A stretch of DNA of 64,000 bases from Vicugna vicugna (lineage: Eukaryota), in contig MU062559.1 in assembly GCA_013265495.1 (NCBI GenBank), positions 5,084,215-5,148,214 of the forward strand. The letters run 5' to 3'. Positions 24,265 to 35,785 of the stretch are shown here, one piece after another (the stretch's first letter is position 1; every line of letters begins with the position of its first letter). The position numbers and the translations under genes were made by a program. The notes under the pieces were generated by a model, which did not search any database, was not told the origin of the DNA, and saw only the letters and a list, made by a program, of their open reading frames with translations.

Positions 24265-26548
24265 GTTGCCTCTTTAGCCTACAGGAGAAACTACCTGTGT
24301 TTTGCTTAAGACAAAGGTTAGACAGTTTTCCTTTGGTCATGTGCTCACTCCCCCAACCCTCTTCCACTGTTTCCTTCTCCGTACTTGTTTCCCCCACACT
24401 CCACTTTTTCCCTCACTGCATCCTGATATATTCTACAGTAGGTGCAGCTCTATAGCCACCAGAGAGGAGGAGGGTAAGGCCGTTCTGGTGCCAACAAACA
24501 GCCCCAGCTCCACCTGGCTGCCTCCAGTGCTCAGATACAAAAGTCAGCAGGCTTTACTGTTGGTCCTCATGGACTCCTCAGCCAGCGGCAGAACGGACCA
24601 AAGGACTGAACCAGCGCTGTGAGTCCTGGTCCCATCTCTTCTGTTCAGCTGCGTGTGGCCTTGGGCTCCAGGCCTCAGGTTCATCTGTGACATAAGATCC
24701 CTAAACCAGTAAGTTCTAACTCTGACACTCCATGACTCAGAGCTCTGTCCAGGCTCTGAAACAACACCGTATCATAAGCTTTAGTATCCAGAGAGAGGAT
24801 AGTATGTCAACCCCCAAAATACCAAGGTTTTAAGACCAGAGCTTAGAGTTTTGGAACCCAAGGAGCTTTGGGGGTTTAGAGCACCCATTTTTCCAGTTGA
24901 AAGGAGAATTAAGAGATCACGTGAACAGTCATTCTGTTGATCTCACACAAGGCAACTGCTTTAAAAACTCCATGGGAAGTCCAGGTGAATTCAGTGGGCC
25001 TGAGTCCACCAAATACCAGTCATCTCACCCAGCATCACTCTTACTGCAGCCTCAGTCCAGCTGCTTCCCGAGGGGCGGGTGGCTCTTCGCTGCCTGCCTG
25101 GGGCTCTGCCCCTTTCCTTGGAAGGGGGACCCAGGGTTTCCGAAGTATGTTGTCCTGGAACAGAAATCCGTAAGCTCAGAACCTCAGAAGTTTTACTCAC
25201 TTTAAACTCTTGCTATCTCTGAAGGCTGCTCTCTACCCCAGGAAGTAATTCGTGTGACACTGGATCTTGGTGTTTCCCGCTCCCCAACTAGAACCAGCAC
25301 AGATGATTTGTCTGACTCGCATGCTCAGACCTGCAGAGAACCTGGATTCACCTAAGAGACTGAGCACCCTCGCTTCTGAGGAGCCCACAGGCTTCTCAGG
25401 GACTCAGATGCCCTGATGAAGCTGGGACAGTCTACCTTGGGCCAGCCCTGCAATCCAGTGCCTCACATTGTAGGGTTTGTGCACCCAGAACTTCTTAGAA
25501 CTGAAGAGTTATCCTTACTTGGGATTTAATATTAGAAGGTAAAAGACACAGCATTTCCTCTCTCACTTTGTGTGTGTGTAGATGCATGCATGTCTATAGT
25601 GAAGGATGCTTAATTTTGAAAAAAGACCAGGGCACTTCTGTGCACCTGGGTTCCTCAGAGGTCTTTGGGGCTCAAACTTGGTTCTTGGTGTCAAGTGATT
25701 GGGGTGGCAGGAACTTGGGCTCCCCAACAGAAAAACTTGGCCCTTCTGGCTGTCCCATCATTGATGATTAACCTGGAGAGGGGCTGCTGGACATTGGTGG
25801 GGTTTGGCCATCAGATCTCTTTGCTCCCCTTCCCTTGGCTCCTACCCACTGTCAGCTGGCACAGGGCAAGCAGCTCCCTTTGAGAAGCTTCAGTCTAAAT
25901 TCTGTTCTCTCCAGCTCTGTAAACAGTGGATCAGGTGCCTGCTACAGTCCACTGATGTGCATGTCAAAGTGTGAAACAAAGCTTTTAAAAGATGCGCTTC
26001 AGATTTCAAAAGAATTCTATGTGCTGGTAATAAATCAGCATTCCAGAAACCAGTGTAAGTCCTCCATGGTGCTCTCCTCAGGAGAGAACCACTATTAGCA
26101 ACGGCTGGAGAGGGCTTCCCTTGTGATCCTCACACTGGCTTTGGGAGCCCCTCTGGAAGCAGACCAGGACTTGGCCCCACTTCATATTAACTGCTTGTGA
26201 GGTGCCTAGAGACCTGGGCACAGAGTGCCACACCAGTGCTGGACCCACATCTTCAGGCCATAGATGAGTGTTCTCGCCACAAGCTCCCGCTGCGCCAAGT
26301 TGCGTGCTCTACTGGGGTTGTGGGCACCTGTGTCTCTGAGCCTCCTCCTGCCACCTGGGCTCCTATGAGATGCCTCCTGGTTGACCCCGTGAACCTGGCT
26401 CACCCTGCTCGGAGGCCCCATGGGCTTGGTCCCTGACGGTCAGAGCCTCTCCACACACACACCCCAATTTACACTGATCTCAGTGTCCCCAAGCTCAGGG
26501 GCCTGCAGTGGAGTCACGAAACTTAGACTGAGCCCAACCCACTCCTTA

Positions 26549-26962
26549 CAGCAGAAATATAGAAGCAGGATGCCATCTAGATAAATAATTTAAAACTTTC
26601 TAGTAGCCACATTTTTAAAAAAGTAAAATTAACGTTTTAACTCTACATCCAAAATATTATTTCAGTGTGTAATTACCATTATTAAATGAATAAGATATTT
26701 TGTATTCTTATTTCTGTACTAACTCTTTGAAATCCAGTATGTATTTTACACAGCACATATCAATTTGGACACTTAACATTTTCAACATTGAAAGTACCAC
26801 GTAGTCCTACCAAAACAAAGTTATGTTACAGAAAAATTTCCACTGCTTGTTTTTAAATTTAAATTAATTACAACTAAATATGAAAAAGTCGGTTCCTCAG
26901 TCACCACCGTTCAAGGGCTCAAGTGCCACATGTGGCTCGTGGCCACCTACTGGAAGGCGCAG
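26549..26962 (+). mobile_element. MER33/Charlie-family hAT element
   Basis: tttctagtagccacatt...catccaaaatattatttca...tgaaatccagtatgtattttacacagcacat...gccacatgtggctcgtggccacctactggaaggcgcag. Confidence 0.75.
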
Positions 26963-27049
26963 CCCTGGAAGCCTCTAAGTAGAGCACGAATTTTTAGAAG
27001 ATACTAAATCACAGCAGCGACTTTCATCGGGGATTTGGAGTAGAAGCAG

Positions 27050-27700
27050 AACCTTACACTCCGCAGAGAATGTTCTGGAGTCCCGCGGTTCCCGCGTCGA
27101 GTCAGCGAAGCGCACCCAGTTCTGGCCCCGCGTGCTGCCCCCGCCGGCTGTGGGCGAATCCCGGCGGCGGCCGCTGAGCCCCCCAGGCCCCGGGGGCGTG
27201 GCTTCCCCTGGCCGTGCGCCCCGCCGTCCGCTGCTGGCTGGACCCCGCGACCTCGCGCTACAGTCACTCCGGGGGCTCGCAGGTGTCACCTGCGGGGACG
27301 TAAGTGGCTCCTCCGCGGCTCGCGGGACTTTTCCTCGAGAGGGTTGGGGCGGAGGGGTGCGGCCCACCTCCAGCCATCTTGGCCCGTCCCGCCTCAGGCA
27401 CCAGGGGGCGCGCGGGCTTCGCGCGGCGGCTCCAGGTCCCGGGCAGACGGGCTCTTCAGCACCTGCGCCGGCCCAGCCCGCAGGAGTGGGACCGGGAGGC
27501 CCCGGGGCATCTTGCCTGCCGGAGACCCCTGGCCCCGCCCGAGGTGCCCGGCAGTCGCCAGAAAGGAAACCGCCGAGGCCGCCCAAACGCCGACCGTGGG
27601 ATCCCAGCCCCACCCAGCGTGACCCGTTAGTGCCGCAGAGGCCGTCCCCCTCCCACCGCGTCCCCGCCCCAGGCCTGGAACCTCCTTGACCATCTTAGTA
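27050..27700. promoter_or_regulatory. Orphan CpG island / promoter-like region
   Basis: Dense CpGs and GC boxes (ggggcggagggg at ~27345), YY1-type GCCATCTT (27373-27380), CTCF core CACCAGGGGGCGC (27399-27411); no credible coding exon nearby. Confidence 0.8.
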
Positions 27701-28739
27701 AGAACCAGAGCCTTCCAGCCTGACTGTTTCCTCGGCTAGGCTCCTGGTGGCCAGCGACAGATGTGAGTGCTTAAGCAAGCAGTGGCATTTGGAAGGTCAA
27801 GGCGAGGCCCCATAATTGTGGGGAGGCTGTACGACCAGACTTGGAAAGTGAGCAGAGGGACTCCGGAGGCCCGGCCTCAGGAGCACCCGGCCAGAACAAG
27901 ACCACTCCAGCAGACAGCCCCGTGCCCGGCTTGAATCTAACCATCCCTCCTCTCTGCATCACGTGCTGAAGAAGGAAGAGCCCCCGCAGGAGCCAGAACC
28001 CTGTCCTACTGGGTGCAGACCTAGGGGAAGAGCTCTCAGAGTGGAAAGCGAGGTAAGCCCAGACACCAAGGGCCACGTGCTTACTGCCACTGTGCGCGCC
28101 ACTCTGCAAACCCTTTCGCCCCACCTCATCTCGCCTCCCCAACTGACCCTTTGGACAGAGAGGATAAAGGTCTTGAAAGAACCACAAACCATAAGGAGGG
28201 GGGCTTCCTGGAGGGGGTGCGGCTTGATCCAGGCCCTGCTAGATGGGAATGGTTTGGATAAGAAGAAAAAGGGGCAGGGCAGCCCAGGTAAGGGAGTGGC
28301 CAGGGGTATGCAGGGAGGTGGGAGTAGAAATGAGGGGAAGATGAAGGAGGTGGGTCTCAGGGTTCTGGCTGGGCTGGAGGTCAAGGTGGGAAAGGAAGTT
28401 GAAAGGTGGGAAAGGAAGTTGAAAGGCACAAAACCAAAATATAAGAAGAGAGAGACAGAGAAGTGGACAGGGACCTGAAGCAAGAGGGCTGGGCAAGGAG
28501 GGATGATGGCACAGGCTGCAAGGACAGGAGGGCCAGGATGCATGGGGGGATGGAGCACAAGGGCAGGAGAAAGGAGCAGGAAGAATAAGAGAGGACCAGG
28601 AAGTGTTGCTTCCGAGATGGAGCAGAAGACCACAGCCTCCACCTCCAGTGCCCTCTGTCTTGCTGCTTTTTTCCACCTTGAGTCTCTTGCTCTAGGAGAA
28701 GTCAGCTGCCCTTTGGAGAGACCCGCATGGCTGGGAATT

Positions 28740-29090
28740 GGTGCCCGAAACCTATGGCTCCTCCAGACCCAGTCACGCTAGAATGACTGCAGCCCAGGAC
28801 TCGTGAATCCTAGATTCCTGACCCTCAGAAACTGAAACAGAGGAACAATGTCCATACTTCTAAGCTTCTAAGTTTTGGGTGTAATTACTTACACAGCCAT
28901 AGATATCTAGTAGGCTGTGACCTTGAGGAATCACTGTATTAGCCCTGGACTGCTTATCTCAAGACTTATTTTAAATGAGAGAGAAAAATAATTTCTATCA
29001 TGTTTAAGCCATGAAAAGTTGAAAATTTTTGTTCTGTTTTGTTTTCTATTTCTTACAACAGACCCTAATATTAAATTACTGGATAAAAAA
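28740..29090 (+). mobile_element. MLT1 (MaLR) LTR 3' fragments, probably two adjacent copies
   Basis: cctgaccctcagaaactg...ctaagttttgggtgtaattacttacacagccatagata and gagagagaaaaataatttctatcatgtttaagcca. Confidence 0.6.
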
Positions 29091-29094
29091 GACT

Positions 29095-29420
29095 AGAAAT
29101 AACAGTGGTGTGGGAAATTAGGTTCCTGTTCTCTGTCTGTCATCTAGCTTTGGCTTCCACTTTCCACATGTCACCTCATAGTCCAAGATAGCTGCTGGAG
29201 CTCCAGAAATCATATCCCAAGTTCTAGGCAGTAGGAAGAAGGAAGGACGGAAGAATAAAAGGTCTTTCTTTCCCACCTGACAACTCTTTTTAAGGAGTCT
29301 TCTTGGACGCCTCTTCCACACTTCCACTTCCGAGGCCAAACTGGGACACAGGGAAGTGGGGACATGTACTTCTTCAGCTGGGCATATTGCCCCCTTGAAT
29401 AAAATTAGGGTTCTACTAAT
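29095..29420 (-). mobile_element. MLT1J/K-like LTR
   Basis: cctcatagtccaagatagctgctggagctccag...ctgggcatattgcccccttgaataaaattagggttct. Confidence 0.6.
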
Positions 29421-29471
29421 GCAATATGTGGATCTTATGTTTGGGGAGTCTGTTGGAGCAAGTCAGCTCTT

Positions 29472-29830
29472 TAAAAAATTGTGAGACAGTTGGGGAAATT
29501 TGAACAGTGAATGGATATATGATGATATTAAGAAATTATTGTTTTTATAGGTGAGAAAAATATTGTGTTTTATATTGTACTGTATATAGATATATATGGT
29601 CAAAGACTACCTTTTTGAAATATGTACTGAATTTATGGATGAAATAATATGATATTTGGCTGTGTTTCAAAATAACTCAATGGTGGGAGGGGTATAATAG
29701 ATGAAGCAGGATTAGCTCTGTGTTAATTGCTGAAACTGAGTGATGATGGGTACATAGGAGTTCGTTATACCATTCTCTCTACCATTCTCTATAGGTTATA
29801 CATTTTTCATGACAGAAAATTTTTTAAAGT
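29472..29830 (+). mobile_element. Old L1M 3' end
   Basis: gagacagttggggaaatttgaaca...gatgatattaagaaattattg...gatgggtacataggagttcgttataccattctctctac. Confidence 0.75.
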
Positions 29831-30639
29831 TCTGCTATTAAATAAGAGAATTGAGATTTGTATTTTAAAAATTGGAGTTCTAAAACATTGGAGTAAGGAA
29901 TAGGGGAGGTTAGCTCTGGGAACACACAGAGCAGTCTCTGCCAGTCCTAGCAGCCTTGCTCAATTCCTCACTGGCAGAGAAGGCCTGAATGGCCTATGAT
30001 CTGATGTCCCTGTGGGCCGTGATACCAGCTAGACACCTTGATTGTCGAGTACTTACTGGATCCTGCTGTGTTCCCAGATTTGCATTATGGGTCAGGGAGG
30101 AAAAGGGTATAACTAAAGGTCTATGATACTCAGGCCCTGATCCCAAGCAACTTATAATTTATTTCAGCATACAGTGCCAACACAAGACACCTATGCTCCA
30201 TGTAGTCACTCCAAGATAGGAGAAAAATAGGTGGGAAATTGTTCCATGTGTGTTCCTTCAGCAAGAAGGATGAGGACAAGGTGTGCAGGGGGGCTGCATG
30301 GAGATGGAGGTGGGGATGAACTGGTCCTTGATTTGACCTGATCAGGAGAGAAAGCCCATCTGGTGAGAGGAGCATGAGATCAGGAGACCTTACTCAACCT
30401 CGCCACCAACTGCATGTCTAAGGGGGCTGAGGGCAGCTACAGGCTGTGCCTGTTTCTGACCCTGGCAAAGGAGTTAGTTCTTAAGGATTAAAAGTCAAGC
30501 CACAAAATCTCCCCGTTAATTATGATAATAGTAACAATAGCAACAACAGCGAATGTTTTAAGATTCCAGGCATCAAGCTCAGGGTTTAATTTACATCAAG
30601 GCTGTGAGGCTGGTGTGAAGACACCACAGTGGACACCTG

Positions 30640-31043
30640 TTACTCTTGCCTGCCCAGCATCTGTTCCTTCTTCTTCTGGTATCAGTGCCGCTATGCTGTT
30701 TCGAGGAATTACCCCTCCTCACTCACTCTCGTCCTTGGGGTTTTTGGAGGCTGACACCCCCTTCCACTCCCTCCAGTGGTGGCCCCCTTTGACCCTGCCA
30801 GCAAGTCAGATGCCCTACCCTGAGTTCAGTGAAGAGCCAGTGGCTGGTACTTCTGCTGACACCACTGGGGAGGAGGTCGTTTTCCCTCTGGGGTTGCTAA
30901 GCTGGCAGGAGGTGAGCCTGAGGCAGGGCTGGGAGAACCTCCTCCCTGAACTTTCCCTCTAGATGAGAATGTCAAAGCCCTTTTTTATTAAAGCCTGTTA
31001 ATCTGTCTCTCTGTCATTTGCAATCAAGAATCTTGACTAATAT
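30640..31043 (+). mobile_element. MLT1-type LTR
   Basis: Ends ttttttattaaagcctgtt...gtcatttgcaatcaagaatcttgactaata, a typical MLT1 3' terminus. Confidence 0.55.
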
Positions 31044-31751
31044 GCACCTCCAGTATTCAGGTGGGGAACTAGAAGGTGTAGTTATACGCTCAAGGTTAGA
31101 ATTTATAATAGCCATACCCTGGGCCTTAGAAGACAGACTTCCAAAAGTACAGATGAAAGAATAGATTTATCCCAGAGCCTTAAGTAGAAGATGATGGCCT
31201 CCAGTTAAGATGACCAATTGACCATACAGGTAACCCCAGTCCTTACCAAATCCCCCAGTGCTTGGTGGCTCCAGGTTCCTTTGATCTTGAGGGTGAAGGA
31301 AGGGCTGCAATAGGAAAAGAGAGGTTCAAAGTTTATGTGTTGGTCACCTAGATCTCCTGCCAATTCTGTGCAGCCAGAGCACTGATCCTCTTCCAACTAA
31401 GCAACCAGAAGATTTTGCTACAGAAGAGCAGACCAGAGGTATACAAGCAAAAACCAAGGGGAAGTTGCCATATCAAAAAACAGGGTTTAAAGTGAAAGTT
31501 AACATCCTGAACAGTGTGACCTCAACCTCCTTCCCCCATCCAGCCCCCAAAAGCCTGGCAGCCAAGCTTATTCCATCCAGGCAGGAAGTGGAAGGATTTC
31601 TGTATAAGCACTCTTACCAACTCAAGAGGAAGGAGTTTCCCAAGGAAATGGTCCAGTTAGACCACAGCTGGTGAAGGCCACAGATGTCAAGCTCATCTAT
31701 GCACTCAGAGCTTCTAATCAGCTTTTTAATGTCCCTCTTTGAAATACAAAT

Positions 31752-32510
31752 TGAACAAGGTCCAACCATATGCTACCTACAGGAGACACATTTTAGATTC
31801 AAAGATACAAATAGGTTGAAAACAAACAACAAAAAAAATGAATCATGCAAGCAGCAACCATAAGAAAGCTAGAGTGACTGTATTAATATGAGATAAAATA
31901 GACTTGGAAACAAAATTTATTACTAGAGGTAATTGCTACTCATTATAATGTTAAAAGTGTCAATCCATCAGGAAGATACAACATGAAGAAAAAAATGGAC
32001 AGAATTGAAAGAAGAAATGGACAAATTAACTGTAAAGTTGGTGACTTCAGTACCTCATTTTCAATAATGGATAGATCAAGTAGGCAGAAGATCAACCAGG
32101 AAATGGAACACTTGAGCAACACTGTAAACCAGCTAGACCTAAAAGACATCGATGGAACAGCCCACCCGACAGCAGCAGAATACATATTCTTCCCAAATGC
32201 ATGTGGAGCGTCCTCAAGGATGGGTCACGTTAGGGCATAAAACAGGCCTAAATAAATTTGAAAGAATTGAAATTGTATAAAGTATGTTCTCTGATCACAA
32301 CAGAGTGAATTTAAAAATAAATAACAGAAAGAAATTTGGGAAATTGATAAATATGTGAAAATTAAACGATACACTCCTAATTAGCCAATTGACCAGGGAA
32401 ATTAAGAAATACTTTAAAATGAAGGAACATAATTTGTAGATAAACATGCCAAAACTTAAAGGATGCAGCTAAAGCAGTGCTTAGAGGAAAAGTTATACAT
32501 TCAAAAAAAA
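31752..32510 (+). mobile_element. Decayed L1 ORF2 endonuclease-domain fragment
   Basis: ORF 31983-32240 translates VGDFSTSFSIMDRSSRQKINQEMEHLSNTVNQLDLKDIDGTAHPTAAEYIFF, homologous to L1 ORF2 EN; disrupted by stops and frameshifts. Confidence 0.9.
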
Positions 32511-33749
32511 AAAAAAAAGACAGTTAAACACAGATAATTCTCCTGGAGAAATGAACAATTATTGGTGGGTCCTCTTACACAATGTTCCAATATGACATGG
32601 AAAAGACACTCAGCCATTCTTTCATCTTATTTCCGTGTTTTGGATAATTTGTCTTTACACTCATTATTTCATTTGTATCAATATAGTTGAATGTGTTACT
32701 GAAATGAAAAATACTGTTTTAAAAAAGGCGTAGTATTTCTTCAATGTGCTTGTGTGTTCCAAACTCTAATGTTTGGTTTTAGGGAATGCTTATAAAGAAC
32801 CTTGTATTAGAAAATCAGAAATAATGCCATTAATTTTGTTAGACATCAAGACCAAACTTTTTCAATAATTTTAATGAAAGAGAAAAGCATAAGAACTAGT
32901 CTGCCAGCTGGCAAATAATTTTATTTTTGCTTAAAGGAAGAGAAAATATTAAAAACTTTATTAGATGAAATTAAAGGATTCTCATTGGAATATTATTTTC
33001 AAGTAATAGTTTATGATGACTTGATAAGACAGTGTTTTTTTAAAATACATTTTGAATAAAGCACACTTTAATTTGGGGGAAAAAAGTCATGTACAATTTT
33101 TTAAAATGGGTTTTGGCCAGTCTGTCTTGAAAGAATATGCTATCCCTCCCCGCCCCCCAAATCCTACAATCCCAGTTAGAAGAATCAGTGTTACTAACTT
33201 ACATTGCTTCAGTTCTTTTAAGGAGATGTTCTCAGACAATAATTTATGAAGAGATACTGAGACTAGGCTAAAAATAATTCCTTACATTTAAATGTGGTGG
33301 GTTGTGGGGAGCCATTTATTGTATTCAGTATTTGATACTAATGCTGGCTTTGTCTTTGCCTCACAGGACTTTGTCTCGTGAGCACTAACTCCAGCTAGAG
33401 TATGCGAGAGGCAACATGGCATCACTCTCACCCCCCATCCTATAATAATCCCGAATTCTGAGACCCCCAACAAGGGCCAAGATACAGTTATCAACACCTG
33501 CTTCACCCTTACCAGATACACATAGATGACAAAGGAAGACCAGAGCCAGAAGACAGGCTTTTTAGTCTGAGTAAGCTTAAAGAAGGCTTTCCCCAAAGTA
33601 GACTTTCGAACCGTGCCTCTGTCTGCATCTCTGAAGCTTTTCATATCCGAAGTCAATGTACCTTAAGATTCCCAAAGACGGGAGTGTGCAGTGGGAGCCG
33701 GGCAGTAGTGGAAGTGGGTGTGGGAAATATTTTAAATATCTAACTCTGG

Positions 33750-34130
33750 TCTCTGTGTGGGAAACAAGGGCAGGAGTGGAAGGTAGAGGCTAGTGCCAAA
33801 ATCCAAGCTGGAGACATGGTGGCCTGGACCAGGCTTGGGCAGTGGAGGTGGGGCTTGCTGGGGACTGGATGTGGTGGGAGGGAAAGAGAAGAGCTGAGTA
33901 TGAAGCATGGACTTCTGCCTGAGGACCTGCGTAGTAAGGATTCCATGTCCTGACCTGGGGAAGGTGGGGGAGGAGGAGTCTGGGGAGGGAAGGAGTTGAT
34001 GAGTTCAAGAGGATCTCTCAGCAAGTGGAAGTGTCAAATAGGAAGTTGTATAAATGAGGCTGGTTTCAGGGGCCAGGCCTAGTAGATATGTCCAGTTTGG
34101 GAGTCACTGAATGAGGTTACCTTGGGGGAA
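33750..34130 (-). mobile_element. L2 fragment
   Basis: aatccaagctggagacatggtggcctggaccagg...gatgagttca...gtggaagtgtcaaataggaagttg...tttgggagtcact. Confidence 0.65.
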
Positions 34131-34261
34131 AGATAGATGGAGATGCTATTACTTACCCACTTGCTTTTAAAAACATTCTTTATTGCATATCAAGTTCCTA
34201 TGTTCATTAGATCTATTTCCAAACCCTTTGTTTTGTTTCATTTATTGATGCTCCTGTTTTC

Positions 34262-34478
34262 TTTAATGTTTTTATTTTTTTTTAATTTTATTTTTTATTG
34301 AAGAGTAGTTGACTTACATTAGTTTTAGGTGTACAGCAAAGCAATTCAGTTTTACATATACATACATTTATGTATATTTTTCAGATTCTTTTTCATTATA
34401 TGTTATTACAAGAAATTGAATGTAGTTCCTTGTGCTATACAGTAGGTCCTTGTTGTTTATCTATTTTATACTTATAAT
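34262..34478 (-). mobile_element. Younger L1 3' terminus (cetartiodactyl-type) with T-rich tail on the left
   Basis: ttttttattgaagagtagttgacttac...ttaggtgtacagcaaagcaattcag...gttccttgtgctatacagtaggtccttgttg. Confidence 0.8.
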
Positions 34479-34496
34479 TCATTTTTATATTTATAC

Positions 34497-35299
34497 TTAT
34501 AATCAAAAGGAAGCCAGAGTCACAATACTTGTATTGGACAAAATTGACTTTAAAATAAAGACTATTACAAGAGACAGAGAAGGACACTACATGATGATCA
34601 AGGGATCAATCCACAAAGAAGATATAACATTGTAAATATATATAAACCCAACATAGGTGCATCTCAATATATAAGCAAATATTAACAGACATAAAAGGAG
34701 AAATGGACAGTAACACAATAATAATGGGGTAATTTAACACCCCACTCACATCAATGGACAGATCATCCAGACAGAAAATCAATAAGAAAACACAGGCCTT
34801 AANNNNNNNNNNNNNNNNNNNNNNNNNNNNNNNNNNNNNNNNNNNNNNNNNNNNNNNNNNNNNNNNNNNNNNNNNNNNNNNNNNNNNNNNNNNNNNNNNN
34901 NNNNNNNNNNNNNNNNNNNNNNNNNNNNNNNNNNGCCTTGGTAAATTTAAGAAAGTTGAAATCGTATCAAGCATCTTTTCTGACCACAACACTATGAGAT
35001 TAGAAGTCAGCTACAAGGGGAAAAACTGCAAAGACCACAAACACATGGAGGCTAAACAATATGCTACTAAACAATTTGATCACTGAAGAAATTGAAGAGG
35101 AAATCAAAAAATACTTAGAAACAAATGAAAATGAAAACACAAAGATCCAAAACATCTGGGACTCAGCAAAAGCAGTTCTAAGAGGGAAGTTTATAATGAT
35201 ACAAGCTTACCTCAGGAAACAAGAAAAAGCTTAAAGAAACAAGGTAACCTGACACCTAAAGCAATTAGAGAAAGAAGAACAAACAAAACCCAAAGTTAG
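34497..35299 (+). mobile_element. L1 ORF2 endonuclease-domain fragment (relatively well preserved)
   Basis: QKEARVTILVLDKIDFKIKTITRDREGHYMMIKGSIHKEDIT and MDRSSRQKINKKTQAL...LGKFKKVEIVSSIFSDHN. Confidence 0.92.
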
Positions 35300-35300
35300 T

Positions 35301-35395
35301 GTTTATTTTTTATTTGTTTATTTTAATAGAAGTACTGAGGATTGAACCCAGGACCTCATGCATGTGCTCTACCACTGAGCTATACCCACCCTCCC
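35301..35395 (-). mobile_element. Vic-1-type SINE, internally deleted
   Basis: Reverse complement gggagggtgggtatagctcagtggtagagcacatgcatgaggtcctgggttcaatcctcagtacttc plus an A-rich tail. Confidence 0.85.
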
Positions 35396-35785
35396 TTATG
35401 CTCCTGTTTTTGCTCAGCACCATACTATTTAAAATACTGTTTCTTTATCATACATTCTGATGGTATTAACACATGCTTTAGGATTGGACCACCAGTTTTT
35501 AATTTAAAAAAAAAATCAGAAATTATTGCCTACTCACATTTCCAAATAAATTGTAGAAGTATTTTGTCAAGACTCAGATACTTGTTGAGATTTTCATTAA
35601 AATTATAAAATATTTAAATTTGTTTAAGGCAGTAGCTATCTTCACATTCTATTTAGTTTAGTCTTTTCATTCAGGAACCATGTTTAGTTTTTTAAAATAC
35701 TTTTGAATTGGTAACACAGTACATAAACACAGTACAAAATTTCAAAAAGTTACAATTATATGGTGAAACGTAAATCTCTTGGCTG

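Noticed and set aside
26975-27693. Overlapping 87-212 aa ORFs on both strands
   Set aside because: Pro/Gly/Arg/Ala-rich products typical of stop-poor CpG islands; no recognisable domain.
27959-28676. 171-aa (+) and 227/145-aa (-) ORFs
   Set aside because: Low-complexity translations of a purine-skewed tract containing a tandem duplication; no homology recognised.
31983-32240. 85-aa ORF resembling an endonuclease
   Set aside because: Fragment of a decayed L1 ORF2 with flanking stops and frameshifts; not a host gene.
34432-35086. ORFs with endonuclease-like motifs suggesting an active element
   Set aside because: Only ~800 bp of L1 ORF2 EN, frameshifted and truncated; no RT domain or ORF1.
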